The position numbers and the translations under genes were made by a program. A model generated the notes under the pieces. The model did not search any database and had not been told where the DNA came from. It worked only from the letters and a program-made list of their open reading frames with translations. Shown here piece after piece: positions 26,511 to 48,950 of a DNA stretch of 64,000 nt (position 1 is its first letter; every line of letters begins with the position of its first letter). The DNA is from the human T2T-CHM13v2.0 reference genome, Homo sapiens: the NCBI RefSeq assembly GCF_009914755.1, contig NC_060932.1. One strand, 5' to 3'.

Positions 26511-27595
26511 GAGATAAATATCAACTCCCACGAAATAAGTATCTGCACCAACTGCAGGCATGTCCCCAGGCAGGAAGCTGTGAAGCACCATTCTCATCCT
26601 GGAGCATCATTCTCAATGCCTTCCTGGGTTAAACAGAACAACCCACAGCACGGATATGGGGCTCATTCTCCAGGCTCTGGCTTTTCCTTTATTTTAGTCC
26701 TCTCCCTCTTTCCTCACTTTATTGGGCTTCAAATGGAGATCTGAAACTCCAGCCTAAGGACTGGGTCAAAGATTCCCACCGCTTTGCAGGCAGCTGCCAT
26801 CATCCACAGCCCAGCGGGGCATCAGAGGCCCACCTGGCTTGCTCATATCTCTGCAGCTTTGACTGCTCACTCAAGAGAGATTTCCTTATATGCCTCTTAC
26901 TCTCTCCTAAAGACAAGGTGCAATATACCAGACTCTTGTTCATGCAGAAATGTCTCAGTTCCCTCTCTCTCCTTTTACATCTCTAATAAGGAACTTACTT
27001 TCCTCCTTCCCCATCCAACAGTTTCTTTGTGAGAACTATGAAATCCTCACAAACAATCTCTGAAAGCCACGCACCCTGCTGGCTGGACTGAACTGTTTCA
27101 GCCATAGCTAAGCTGCATTCCTACTACTTTCCCCCTTCTATCTTAAAAAGCCTTTCCCAAATCTCCCCGTGCCTCTGATTTTCAGCTTAAATTGACATAA
27201 AGTTTGAGGTTGCAATTATTATGTGCATATCTAGCAGGCTTTTCCTGGGTTTCCTTAGCAACAGCTTCATTAAGGAACTGCATCAAAAATTTTAAAGAGG
27301 CTATTCTTACATCTGAACAGAGTAGCCTGCATAAAATTTGAATGGTTTTGAAGAGAAAATTAACCAGGAACAAAGAGGTGGCAGGTCTTAGTCAGCAGTA
27401 TCATAAGCCAAAATGTTTTCAAATGGCTCGGAATCATTCCTGAATATTTGGTTTGTGGGAGGCAAAGGGTGTTGGATTCAATGAGAGTTGATCCTAGAGT
27501 ATGTTCTCTAATCTGGTAAAGTCAGATTATTTTCTAGTTTTTCAAACAATTCCTTACTACCACTTTCTCTTACTGTCACTTGCCATTTTTGACTA

Positions 27596-29530
<1,935 letters not shown>

Positions 29531-30180
29531 CTTCCACCTCACCTCTACTTCACTATTTGCTTGTAAAAATCCACATGTCCAACCCATAAATGTACAGGTA
29601 GACAGCTATTAAATGAGGTATTTGCTGCCATTTGTGAATTATCTTAGATAGATAATTATCATAAACCATTCACCTAAACAACTAAAGAAAAGACAGGTCA
29701 ATCCATATCCCTGCACACAAAGAGAAGGAACTCAGCAGTGAATTCCGTAAAACGAAAAAACCCTTTCCAATACCACTAAATCCAGATGTATTATTTATCA
29801 GTTTTTGTATTTGCACAGGGATTCTTAAAGCAGAAGGAACCTGCAATAATCATATCTCAGTTCCTTTCAAAATTTCCATATTAGCCAAAGTCATTTCCAG
29901 GAATAGATACAACTCATCAATTCTACAATGGAACATACTTGATCAAGAACCAAAAGCTTGTTCTATTTCAGAAAAACTACAGACCCCTCTTCTTTATTGT
30001 TCTTATAAAATCCCACCAGAACTCATTATCTTGCTGCCTGCTCATCTGGCAAACAAACATGGAGATGAGTCAACTCAAGCCAAGCGTCGTGCTGGGGAAA
30101 ACTCACAGGGCCACGGAACCACATCTGCACTGTCCCCGCCCGCCCAGCATGGGAGCGCTGTTCCCCTTTCGCCGTGTCTT

Positions 30181-30199
30181 TGCTGACCTCTAGTGGTCC
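30181..30199 (-). promoter_or_regulatory. Candidate CTCF site next to a GC box
   Basis: Minus strand GGACCACTAGAGGTCAGCA matches the CTCF core CCASYAGRKGGCRS with one mismatch; ccccgcccgccc and several CpGs lie within 100 bp. Confidence 0.4.
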
Positions 30200-32316
30200 A
30201 CAGGAAGAAAGAGCAAACAGCAAAAGGACAGGCTGCTCCAAAGAACAAAATGTCCTCACATTTTAAGTGAAAACATTTTATTTTATGAAATGTGTGTTTC
30301 TATACCCACCAGTGAAAAGAGATTCCCTGCATGCCCAATTGAGCAGCATTAACTTGCAAAGGCAACTCCAGTTGTTAACGGCAAGCCAGTCTCAAAGCCC
30401 TGCCCCCAGCTCCCAACCAAATTGTCTGCAATTCCACTGCTTCAGGCTTTCGGAGGGTCCGTTTAAAAGCACAGTCCACCCTCCACTGTCACAAAAGATG
30501 TCTCTTTACACCCTCCAATCTGATCATAACACTTGCCCATCGCAGAGTCACTTTATGGGGCAGGCATCAAGACAGTACTGGACAGGAGGTGTCAAGGCCA
30601 GTCCTTCCAGTGACCACATGAACTTGTTATCCTGTCATTTTACAGACCATACTATTAAGAGGCAGAGACACAGAGTGATTGTGCTCAAGGTTATGCAGCG
30701 AACAGGTGGCAACACAGGGGTGTGAACCTGAGCCCATCTGACAGCGCGACTCCACTGCGACTCCCAGCTTAGATTCCTTCAGGGATTCTCTCTTGCCCAC
30801 CTGATGACTTTTATGCAAGACCTGTGACAGGAACTGACCTCAGCCTGCGTTGGGGCCTCTCTTCCCCACACTGTCCCTCACAAACAAAACTGCTATGATC
30901 CCCAAGTGACTTCTGTGCTCAGAGCTCACACCCAGCCACATGTTTACACCCAGTCTCTCTGCTCAGAGGCTCCTCAGCACCACTCTGCCGGGTACTTTTC
31001 ACTCTCCTCAGAGAACACCTCCTCCGGGAAGCCCTCCACCCTCAGCACTTAGAGCATCAGGCTCCGGGGCAGGGACCACATCCTCATTGGCCCTGCAAAT
31101 CTGTGGCCCGGCGCAGTGCTGAACCCCACGTAGGTCCCCCAAAAAGCATGTCAAATGAGAAGTATGATCCAGCTGTTGGTTCATTTGCCCGGCATCACTG
31201 GGGAGAACACCTCCCCTTGGGCGCCCAGGTAACTGAAGCTTCCACTTTGAAGTGTCAGGTTCCCGCTTCTGACCATCTTTACCAGAAACTTCAACATAAA
31301 CTGCAAGATACGGACCTCTTCCTAATGCTCTTCTGATGACACACTGCCCCAGCGGTGGTGCTGTTTCCCTCATACTACGTGGCCTACAGCTTTGAGGGAC
31401 TGTGGTGTTGTTTGTTTTTACTCGGTTTATGGGCTTTACTCTGTTCTGGTCGCTCCCTTTGGTGTGACACTGACACTTGCCACTTTGACTTATCGGCCTC
31501 CCTACCAACGTCTAATCTAGGAAATTAGCCAAGATGACGGGTCCAAGGGGCAGTAAATACACTTTACAGAAGAGGGAACTGAGGCACACAGAGGTTAAAC
31601 ATCTCGTCAAGGCAAGTGAAGCTGGAATGCCAACCCGAGCAGTCTGTATCCAGTCTGTGTGCTCAACTCTCATGCTAAAGCGCCTCTCTTTTTATAGACT
31701 ATGGCTATAAACATTATAAAGTACCAAAATATGGACCAACTCTGAGATGGTGGTGACTGTTATTTTGTTTCTACTTAGGTTATCTGCTTTCAATTGAAAA
31801 AATTAAGAATCTCTGTAGTCAATGCGGCAACATTTCAACATATTAAATCTGGATGATAAGCATGAGTGTCTTATTATTAGTCATACTTCTTTGTGTGTTC
31901 AAAAGAGAAACTGATTTGAAAGTCTCTCTCCTCTCTCCTCCACCCCCTGCCCTGTCTCTCGCCTGAGCCCCCAGACCCACACCTCTCTCGTTATGTGAGA
32001 AGCTGAACCTCTCCTCTTTCCCTCCACCACTGCCTTGCAGCTTGCCCTCCTCGGAGCCCGGCCTGACCATCGGGCACCTAACAGAGCAACACTCCATTCC
32101 ACCCGACCCACAGCCGGCCGCTGACCCTTTCCACGTAGACTCCCAAGCACGTTTCCAGCGGGCTGGCCTTCCTGCCAACAGCCCCAGTCCTTTGGGGAAG
32201 CTGTCAGCACTGCTCGCCTGGGCTCCCCAAGGGCCTCTGCAATGGGCCCCCTCCCTTCCTCTCCCTCCACTCCATACAAATCTGGTCACATCAGTCCCTG
32301 ATGTTAAGACCTTGCC

Positions 32317-32617
32317 TTTTTTTTTTTTTTTTTTTGAGACAAGAGTCTCACTCTGTCACCCAGACAGGAGTGCAGTGGTGTGATCTTGGCTCACTGCAAG
32401 CTCTGCCTCCCAGGTTCACGCCATTCTCCTGCCTCAGCCTCCTGAGTAGCTGGGACTACAAGCACCCGCCACCACGCCTGGCTAATTTTTTGTATTTTCA
32501 GTAGAGATGGGGTTTCACCATGTTATCCAGGATGGTCTCGATCTCCTGACCTCGTGATCTGCCCGCCTCAGCCTCCCAAAGTGCTGGGATTACAGGCGTG
32601 AGCCACTGCGCCTGGCC
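32317..32617 (-). mobile_element. AluY-like
   Basis: ggttcacgccattctcc and ggatggtctcgatctcc diagnostics; TSD aagaccttgc. Confidence 0.93.
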
Positions 32618-32829
32618 AAGACCTTGCTTTTAAAACCCGCCGCTCTTAGAAGCAGCCCCAAATGCTTCACCTGGCCGAGAAAGCCCTCCCGCTCAGACTC
32701 TGTCCTCCCTACCCCTCTCTTCCTCTCCCTCCCTCCCTCTCCTCCCCTACCTCTCCATCTCCCCATCTTTCTACCCCCACCGCCATCTCTGACTTTATTT
32801 GGTCTCTCCCAGTGATGTGTTCTGTTTCT

Positions 32830-33160
32830 GGGCATCACTCATGCTGAGCCATTTTCTTCCTGAATGACCTTCTCCCATCTCTTCTTTACCTGGCTATCTC
32901 CTATTCATCCTTCAAGGCCCAGTTCCAATCTCACTGACTTAGAGACTGTCCCTGGCCCCCACACCCTCCACCTCCATTAAACTAAGTTAAATCCTTTTGC
33001 CACTTCCTCCCTTGGCACCTGTACCTCCAATTTTTTTCCACTTACCCACTGCTCAATGTCTGCCTTTCCCACAAAACTGTCAGATGGATGAGGACAGGAC
33101 CCACCTGCCTCAGCTCTCTTTCCCCCACCCTTAGCACAACGCCCTCCTAAGTATCTGCTG
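32830..33160 (+). mobile_element. L2 3' fragment (approximate)
   Basis: ctggctatctcctattcatccttcaaggcccag...tgtctgcctttccc...gaggacaggacc...cttagcaca...aagtatctgctgaat. Confidence 0.6.
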
Positions 33161-33673
33161 AATTACAGTGACCTACGTTCTCATACTCGTCTGGTGTCCT
33201 TAAGCAAATTGTTTAACTTGGTCTCAGTTTCCCTATCTATAAAGATCCAAGTTAAACTAACTAAATATCTAAAATCCTTCTAAGACTATCAATTTTAGGA
33301 TTTAGCATTATCAATCCACAACTAAAGGTTTTAATGATTGTTTTATTAAAAATCCATTTAGATTCAGATTAAAGTATTATTTGCTGGGTTACCACTGTGT
33401 CAAAGGAGCTATATAAGTGCTTTCACAAACTGCATGTTTTATAAACCCAACACCCCAAACAGGGTTACAAATGGCAAGTACTTCATGAGTGACAATATCA
33501 AGACAAGAGGCGTAAAGCTTGTTGAAGGTTGCCAAGCTGGTAAAACACAGTTACTTCTCCAAAAAACAAACAAAAAAAATGCAAAGGACAGCAAGTTCTG
33601 AATTTTGAAAGTTAAATACCACAATGAAAGAAGTAAAATATACAAATAACCATGTTAATTAGAAATCAAGTTA

Positions 33674-33949
<276 letters not shown>

Positions 33950-34054
33950 TCAAAAAAGAGTTCAGATGTTTCTGTCACATTCTAAAGGCTGTGCTACTGG
34001 GACTCAATAACTACAACAGCACTTCCCCCATCACAGGGCTCCAGATACCCCTCC

Positions 34055-36387
34055 TGATATGGTTTGGTTCTGTGTCCCCACCCAAATCTCATCTTGAATT
34101 GTACTCCCATAATTCCCACATTGTAGGAGGGACCTGGTGGGAGATCACTGAATCATGGGGGTGGTTTCCCCCATATTGTTCTCATGATAGTGAATAAGTC
34201 TCATAAGATCTGATGGTTTTATCAGGGGTTTCTGCTTTTGCATTTCCTCATTCTCTCTTTGCCTGCTGTCATCCATGTAAGACCTGACTTGCTCCTCCTT
34301 GCCTTCTGCCATGATTGTGAGGCTTCCCCAGCCACACAGAACTGTAAGTCCAGTTAAACCTCTTTCTTTTGTAAATTGCCGAGTCTCAGGTATGTCTTTA
34401 TCAGCAGCATGAAAACAGACTAATACAGTAAATTGGTACCCAGAATGGAGTGTTGCTGAAAAAATACCTGAAAATGTGGAAGCGACTTTGGAACTGGGTA
34501 ACAGACAGAGGTTGGAACAGTTTGGAGGGCTCAGAAGAAGACAGGAAAATGTGGGAAAGTTTGGAACTTCCTAGAGGCTTGTCGAATGGCTTTGACCAAA
34601 ATGCTGATAATGATATGGACAATGAAATGAACAATGATATGGACAACGAAAGAGGGCTGAGGTGGTCTCGGATGGAGATCTCAGTTCTTGTTGGGAACTG
34701 GAGCAAAGGTGACTCTTGTTACGTTTTAGCAAAGAAACTGGTGGCATTTTGCCCCTGCCCTGGAGATTTGTGGAACTCTGAACTTGAGAGAGATGATTTA
34801 GGATATCTGGCAGAAGAAATTTCTAAGCAGCAAAGCATTCAAGAGATATCTTGGGTGCTGTTAAAAGCATTCAGTTTTAAAAGGGAAACAGCATAAAAGT
34901 TTGAAAAATTTGCAGCCTGACAATGAGATAGAAAAGAAAATCAGATTTTCTTAGGAGAAATTCAAGCCAACTGTGGTAATTTGCATAAGTAAGAGGCAGC
35001 CAAATGTTAATCCCCAAGACAATGGGGAAAATGTCAGAGGTCTTCACAGCAGTCCCTCCCATCACAGGCCTGGAGGCCTAGGAGGAAAAAGTGGTTTCGT
35101 GGGCCGGGCCCAGGGTCACCATGCTGTGTACAGCCTAGCGACTTGGTGCCTGTGTCCCAGCCACTCCAGCCAAGGCTGAAAGGAGCCAACATACAGCTCG
35201 GGCCATGGCTTCAGAGGGTGCAAGCCCCAAGCCTTGGCAGCTTCCATGTGGTGTTGAGTGTGTGGGTGCACCGAAGTCAATAACTGAAGTTTGGGAAGTT
35301 TCCGCCTAGATTTCAGGAGATGTATGGAAACAGCTGGATGCCCAGGCAGAAGTTTGCTTCAGGAGTGGGGCTCTCATGGAGAACCTCTGCTAGGGCAGTG
35401 CAAAAGGGAAATATGGGGTTGGAGCCCCCACACAGAGTCCCTACTGGGGCACTGCCTAGTGGAGCTGTGAGAAGAAAGCCACCATCCTGCAGACCCCAGA
35501 ATGGCAGATCCACTGACAGCTTGCACTGTGCACTTAGAAAAGCCACAGACACTCAATGCCAGCCCATGAAAGCAGCCAGGACAGGGGCTGTACCCTGCAA
35601 AGCCACAGGGGCAGGGTTGCCCAAGACCATGGGAACCCACCTCTTGCATCAGCATGACCTGGATACGAGACATGGAATCAAAGGAGATCATTTTAGAGCT
35701 TTAAGATTTGACTGCCCCTCTGGGTTTCGGACTTACATGGGCCCTGTAACCCCTTTGTTTTGCCAATTTCTCCCATTTGGAATGGTTGTATTTACCCAAT
35801 GTGTATACCCCCATTGTATCTAGGAAATAAGCAGCTGCTTTTGATTTTATAGGCTCATAGGCAGAAGGGACTTGCCTTGTCTCAGATGAGACTTTGAAGT
35901 GTGGACTTCTGAGTCACTGCTGAAATGAGTTAAAACTTTGGGGAACTGCTGGGAAGGCATGATTGGTTTTGAAATGTGAGGACATGAGATTTGAGGGGCC
36001 AGGGGTGGAATGACAATAATCTGACTCTGTGTCCCCACCCAAATCTCATCTTAAATTGTACTCCCACAATTCCCACATGTTGTGGGAGGGATCCAGTGGG
36101 AGATAATTGAATTGTGGAGGTGGTTTCCCCCATACTGTTCTTGTGGTAGTGAATAAGTCTCATGAGATCTGTGTTTTTATCAGGAGCTTCCGCTTTGGAG
36201 TCCTCTCCTCATTCTCTCTTTGCCTGCTGCCATCCATGTAAGACGGGACTTACTCCTCCTTGCCTTCCACCATGATTGTGAGGCTTCCCCAGCCACACAG
36301 AACTGTAAGTCCAATTAAACCTCTTTCTTTTGTAAATTGCCAGTCTCCAGTACGTCTTTATCAGCAGCATGAAAATGGACTAATACA
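34055..36387 (+). mobile_element. Complete THE1A provirus (LTR 34055-34427, internal region, LTR 36011-36387)
   Basis: Two LTRs tga...ctaataca, MaLR internal sequence with polypurine tract, and 5-bp TSD cctcc on both sides. ORFs 34450..34896 and 35320..35823 are MaLR internal ORF remnants. Confidence 0.94.
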
Positions 36388-37808
36388 CCTCCCCACCAAA
36401 GCCAGAGAATTTGTTTGTGAGAAAGTCTATCCTTTATGGAAGCAAAAGCGATTGGTGTGGCTGAGTGAGTCTATGAATGCCACATAAATGTGTATGCATT
36501 CATTAAAATAATATGACCACAGTAGCTTGCTATTTTGCAAAATTTCAAAATATTATCAATGGATGCTTTGCTATCCATTTCTGCTTATCATCCCTTGTAG
36601 TACTCTCAAACATTTTTAGAAACTCTCACACCTGCGGCTGTAATGCAGTTGTTGTAAATTCATTTTACTTGGTTGCAAAACATCCGGCTCCCTGTGTGCT
36701 CAATGCTTTCTGACTTTGTCTCAGAGTTGCTTGTTCCTACTTCTCAGTTCCTATTATGGTTCCTGAGATGAAGAACAAATGAGGGCGTTTGGAACAGAAA
36801 AGCCTTCGTGGAATTTCATTCAACTATGCAATAAACTGGGGAGTATCTCTTAAGCTTCATCCCCAGTTCTCCTAGCTTCAAGCCAGGAGAGCCATCCCCA
36901 CCCCCTCTTACACACCATGTGGCTCCAGACCCGGGAGCAGGGAAAGGAGGAAGGATTCAGGTTCCAGAACCCTTCCAAAAAAGAAGAGTTCAGATGGATG
37001 GATCTCCTTCCTTCCCTCCAATGCCCTTCTCCCTCCCAAGCCTCCACTGCAAAATCCTCCATGCTAGCCATTCTGCATTTTTGTTTTCTACTCCAAACCT
37101 TATTTTTATTTTTTTTCCTAGTTATCCCAACTGGACTGATTTTCAACTGATGTTGCATAATTTAAAATTAAAGAAAGGGTTTATAGAGGTTGTCCATGTA
37201 TACTAGTACCTGAAGAGAAACAGAGGTTGGGAGGAAAAACACACTAATATTCTTTTGCTGGGGCATTAGGTCATGTGAAAACCAATGCATATAATCGACA
37301 AGCCTTTGCTGAGACCCACTAGTGGCCTGGTGTGGCATCACTGCTAATGAACATGCAGTCTATTTACCAATCATGAAGAAGCAAAGGCGCAACTGGTTAT
37401 CTTTCTCACTAAAATCATGTACAAGGTGGGACAAGCAGTTTTATAATTACTATGTCAGAAAGGGTAGGCTTCATTCCTCCCCTTTTCCACACATATAATG
37501 TACATGTAATCTGTTATATTAAATATAAGTTATCACAGACGATCAGAAAAAGGAGCTACTTATACCTGCTTAAATACCAACAATGAAGTCAGAAATCTAT
37601 CAATTGTATATACTGTTTCATGACACAAGAAAAAACTAACACAGGGACTTGATTCTATGGAAATGCCATTTTTCCTTCAAATCTCTTAAAACAGTTTCTA
37701 TTGACGTGAGAATAAAAGTCATCACAAATTTTTCCCACATATTTTTGGTTAAATTTACATATTTTAATGTATATTACAAAGAGATTTAAAATGAAATCAT
37801 GAAAAATT

Positions 37809-40138
<2,330 letters not shown>

Positions 40139-40654
40139 AAAAAAAACATATACTCTTTAACTCAAGTCAACTTCTAGGAATTGTTCCCTTAAAAAAAATC
40201 AATCCAAAAAGATGTATGCATAGGGGCATTTATCAGAGAACTGTTTACAATAGGGGGAAGAAAAAACAGAAATAAATAATAATCAGTAACAGGATTGGTG
40301 AAATAAATAATTCTACATCTTTTCACTCTCTATCAGAGGAGGAATTTGGAGAGTAACTTGAACATAACCTATGATAAATGTTAATATCATATCCAGGATA
40401 AATTTCTAGAAAAATTGAACCTAAAGGAATAAGGATACAAGAACACAAGAATATAGGGGCAAAAATGTTCAGTAAAGCATTTTTTCTAATTCACGGTGAA
40501 AAAGTGAGAAAGCCTAAGTATCCATCCACGAGAGAATAATTAAGCAAATTAAGGCAAGCTGTGAAATCTTAAGAGCAGGCATTTCATCTTGTTCTAGGTG
40601 CTGTTTATGAGCATGTCTCACAAAATGTCTTGATGAATACATGACTACATCCAC

Positions 40655-40740
40655 ATTTTGGAAAACCTTTCCACACTCTCTGAAAGAAGCAAGCAGGATT
40701 TTAGAAAACCTTTCCACATGCTCTGAAAGAAGCAAGCAGG
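40655..40740. repeat. 43-bp tandem duplication x2
   Basis: attttggaaaacctttccacactctctgaaagaagcaagcagg / attttagaaaacctttccacatgctctgaaagaagcaagcagg (3 mismatches). Confidence 0.93.
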
Positions 40741-40837
40741 TCCGGAGGCGAGAGTACACCTGTGGTCTATGAGATACTGCTGAGTGGGTAAAGCAAGTGC
40801 AGAATAACATACTATGATCCCATTTTCATAAATAAGA

Positions 40838-41081
40838 TGTGCGCGTGTATGTGAGCATGTGTGTGTACGTGCATGTGTGCGCACATGTGAGCATGTGTGT
40901 ACATGCATGTGTGCACGCGTGAGCATGTGTGTACGTGCATGTGTGCGTGTGTGAGCATGCTTGTATGTATGTGTGTGTGAACATGTGTGTATGTGCATGT
41001 GTGTGAGCATGCGTGTGTACGTGCCTGTGTGCGGGTGTGAGCATGCGCGTGTAAGTGCATGTGTGCACGTGTGTGTGAGCA

Positions 41082-41128
<47 letters not shown>
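40838..41128. repeat. Alternating purine-pyrimidine minisatellite (gtgagcatgtgtgt...) ending in pure (TG)n
   Basis: Directly visible; source of the HT/CV-rich pseudo-ORFs. Confidence 0.95.
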
Positions 41129-41129
<1 letters not shown>

Positions 41130-41685
41130 TCATAGGCATAAAGGTCATGGAGGCTATGGACCAAGTTGTTGATAATAAACCAAGTTGTTAATAAGAGTAG
41201 AGGAGGTAGAGGACTTTCATTTTTTTACTTGATGCCACTCTTCGGCACAACTTTTCTTTTCCAGTATTTTAGTAAGTACATTTGGAATGCAAAATTGTTT
41301 TCAATCCAAACTAAAAAGAAGGGTGCCTCCATAAGATGGAATGCTCTACAGGTCACTGAAAATTATGCCTTGGAAGATTTCAACAGCATAGAAAACACAG
41401 ACTAAAATGGGTCACCACACAGTACATAAGTATGCTCCATTTCTTAAAATATAAATAATATACATTGATAAAAGAACCAGAAAATAGATATAAAATATTA
41501 ACAATCATTATCTGTGAGTACGCAGGCCATGAGAGCCTTTTTTCTCTCTTTTCCAAATTTATTATACTAAACCTACACTGTTTTGAATCAGAAAAAGAAA
41601 ACATTTTAGGCATATAGTACTATGCATTAGAGAGCAAGACATGAATACTTACAGAAATAAATAATTAAGAGACACTGCAGCATTA

Positions 41686-41937
<252 letters not shown>

Positions 41938-43789
41938 TTAAAGAGGAGCATGAATAAGACAAAACTTAAATATGCCCTACTGAAATTTAAATAATGTAAG
42001 TGTTTAGTCTTCACAGCTTATATGCTTCCTATAATAGCCTTGCTATCAAAGCATTGTATTAAATGTTGGTTAACTCAAAATAAGTTTTCCTCCCTTTTGA
42101 AATTTTTTATTGAAGAACATGAAATGCATTACATAAAAGTAACATATTTACAGTAACTAGCTCAATTGTCTTGAAGGCAATGGTGAAGTCAGCACACATT
42201 CTCTCATAGCTTGAAGCTCTTCATGTTAGCAAGAAACCACCCCGCATCCTCAAAGGAGGTCAACTACGCAAAAGCATTTTCTGAACCACACGGCATTGAA
42301 AAAAAAAATTATAAATGATAGTATGCTTTCTATGCCTTTTTCTATTTCTGACCAACTCCTATCAATAAGCAGAAGCATCTGATTCCCCAGCCACCAAACC
42401 CACATGGACAAGCATTTTGGAGCAACTTCCATTTAAAGAATATAACCAACTAAACAGAGAACTCTGGCAGAAAAAAAATAAAGATAAAATATTCATTGAC
42501 TTCACAGAACACTCAAAAAATATTCTCCTAAATCTCAATAGCAGGGAAAGCTGGGCTTCTATGAAACCACTTGTTTAGCTTACAGAGAGTGAGCATCTCC
42601 CACAAATCCTGTTTCCCTTGCACTGTTGGGAGGCTCAGGGATGAGCCTGCCACCCATCTGTATAACCTCACAAGGCCAAAGACGTGCATCTCACACTGCC
42701 CTCATCCCCTGTGCAGCTCACTTCTTACCCTTGTTTTCTAATCTTGGTCCAGTTTTTTCATCTGCTTATTGTTTGTTCTCTAATTCTGTAAGCTGCCTCA
42801 AAAGGTTTTTTGGAACAAGACAGAAGAATAAACAGGTAAGTGGAGAGATGGATGGACAGATGGAAGGAGAACTCTAAGAAAAGGAGAACGAAGCATTTCA
42901 TGTGCAAAATCCTCTTCTGGTGAGGGAAGAAAGAACTGTAACAGAACTGTGGAGAGGCAGGTGGTTTAGGACTTTGTTTCCTGCTGATTTTGTGAAAATC
43001 ACAGCAAGAGACAAGAGGGAAGAACTATAAATGATAATAGAAAAGGGCATGCTTGGAAAAATATATCTCAAATATGCACTTTTTAAAGAATAGATCCAAA
43101 TCAGCACGACCCGGTGACATAAACTGTGGGTAGAGAATTGAGAACTCCATCCCCCAGGTACCAGGCACCCCTTCGAGCAGTGAGCATTCACACAGGTTGT
43201 TATAATGCCATAGGGGCAAAAGCGACATTTTTTCACACTCAGCGGAAGCAGGACCTACGTCAGGAACATCCACACGTGTCATCATCTACAGCAACTCTAT
43301 GAGAGTATTCTTAGTGTACCCCATCTCTGCAGGGGAGGAGACAAGATCCTACAGAGATTAAATCTCCTTACTAGTTCTCACAATTACAGAGCTGGTGACC
43401 CCAAGTAGGAGGCCATCTTGGGCCTATGTTCTTAACGACAGAAGTGTAGTGCTTTGTGTGCTTTTCATGCTTATAATACATTTGTTTCTAGCATAAGTTA
43501 ATATTTAATAAGTGACAAGGAGTCTTGATTTATTTCATTAGCTATAATGAATTATCTTCACATTGTTGAGTTTTACTCTCTTTTTTTCCCTTGGAGAAAT
43601 GGTGGGGGGGGGTGGGTCAGAATGAGGTGGGTTTTTCATTCTTCACATGGTATCTCATCTCTTCTCTGAGGAGTAAATGATCAAAGCATAAGAGGGAAAT
43701 CCCCCCGACGGAGAAGGAACAAGTGCTCCCTCCACCTTTTAAAGAAAGGGCATCTCCAGTCATGAGGGCTAATTTGATCAACTTAATTT

Positions 43790-44101
43790 CTTTTTTCTTT
43801 GAAACAGAGTCTCTCTCTCTGTCACCCAGGCTGGAGTGCAGTGGTACTGGAGTGCAGTGGCACGATCTCAGCTCGCTACAACCCCCCTCCTCGCTACAAT
43901 CAAGTGATTCTCCTGCCTCAGCCTCCCAAGTAGCTGGGATGACAGGCACCCACCAGCAAGCCCCACTAATTTTTGTATTTTTAGTAGAGATGGGGTTTCA
44001 CCATGTTAGCCAAGCTGGTCTTGAACTCCTGACCTCAAGCGATCTGTCCAACTCGACCTCCCAAAGTGCTAGAATTACAGGTGTGAGCCACTGCGTCTAG
44101 C
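43790..44101 (-). mobile_element. AluS with internal micro-duplications
   Basis: Reverse-complement dimer; TSD tgat(c/a)aacttaatttc. Confidence 0.92.
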
Positions 44102-44199
44102 TGATAAACTTAATTTCAACATCAAGGCTAGAGGAAAAATTTCTATGTGGAGCAACCAAGAAAAATATAAACCATAGGAAAATAACAAGAGCATCGCTC

Positions 44200-44345
44200 C
44201 CAAGAGAGCTTAGTGGGTCAGACCAATTTAATTTCATTCAACAAAAGACTAATAAGTTCTAGAAACACTAGTAAGCCATAGATTTGATCTTTCTTGACAT
44301 CTGTAAAGTTGTGACAGCCCGTATGAGATGTCATCATGAACTAGT
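44200..44345 (+). mobile_element. CR1/L3 reverse-transcriptase remnant
   Basis: Translates across a frameshift as QTNLISF...AIDLIFLDICK, matching the CR1 RT motif TNLISF...VDVVYLDFSKAFD. Confidence 0.65.
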
Positions 44346-44899
44346 GGACCAGAGCCATCAAGACCCATAGCCTGTAGATTACAGGCAGGAAAATCAATGC
44401 CACAGGAGGCTAAGACCCAGATGGGAGGAGAGACAAAGAAAGAGCATGGATGAGAAGTCACGGGGAGGGGGGAAGGTTGAAAAAGGCACCACCAAAAAGG
44501 TTCTCAAGTATCAGCCCAACAATGCTTTCATCATTCACTAAAGAGATAGGTACTGAGCTGCTACCACACAAGACTGTATACAAGGCACAAAACTGGAAAC
44601 CCAGACATACACATAAGATAAAGCAAAAAAAAGAAGGAAGACAGCAGAGATGGATGCCGCTTGAGAAAGGTTTGCCTTTCTCTCCTAGAGAGAAGCACAA
44701 AAAGGGCTTAGATACACCAAGAACCAGTGTGGCAATAATTTCAGCAATGGCTAACAGGCTAGCACCAGCCTGGGTCACTAACATCTGCTGTCCAACTACA
44801 AAGCAAAAACCCTGCTACGTGGGCACTGTAGGCTTTATTTTGCAGAGGAATGGCAGGAAGACAAGGCATCCATAAGCCACAGGGTGGGATCGAGTCCTC

Positions 44900-48950
<4,051 letters not shown>

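Noticed and set aside
34450-35823. THE1 internal ORFs as a domesticated retroviral protein
   Set aside because: Fragmented by stops and frameshifts, as in typical MaLR internal sequence.
40645-41191. His/Thr- and Cys/Val-rich ORFs (also 59515-60072)
   Set aside because: Translations of (CA)/(TG) microsatellites.
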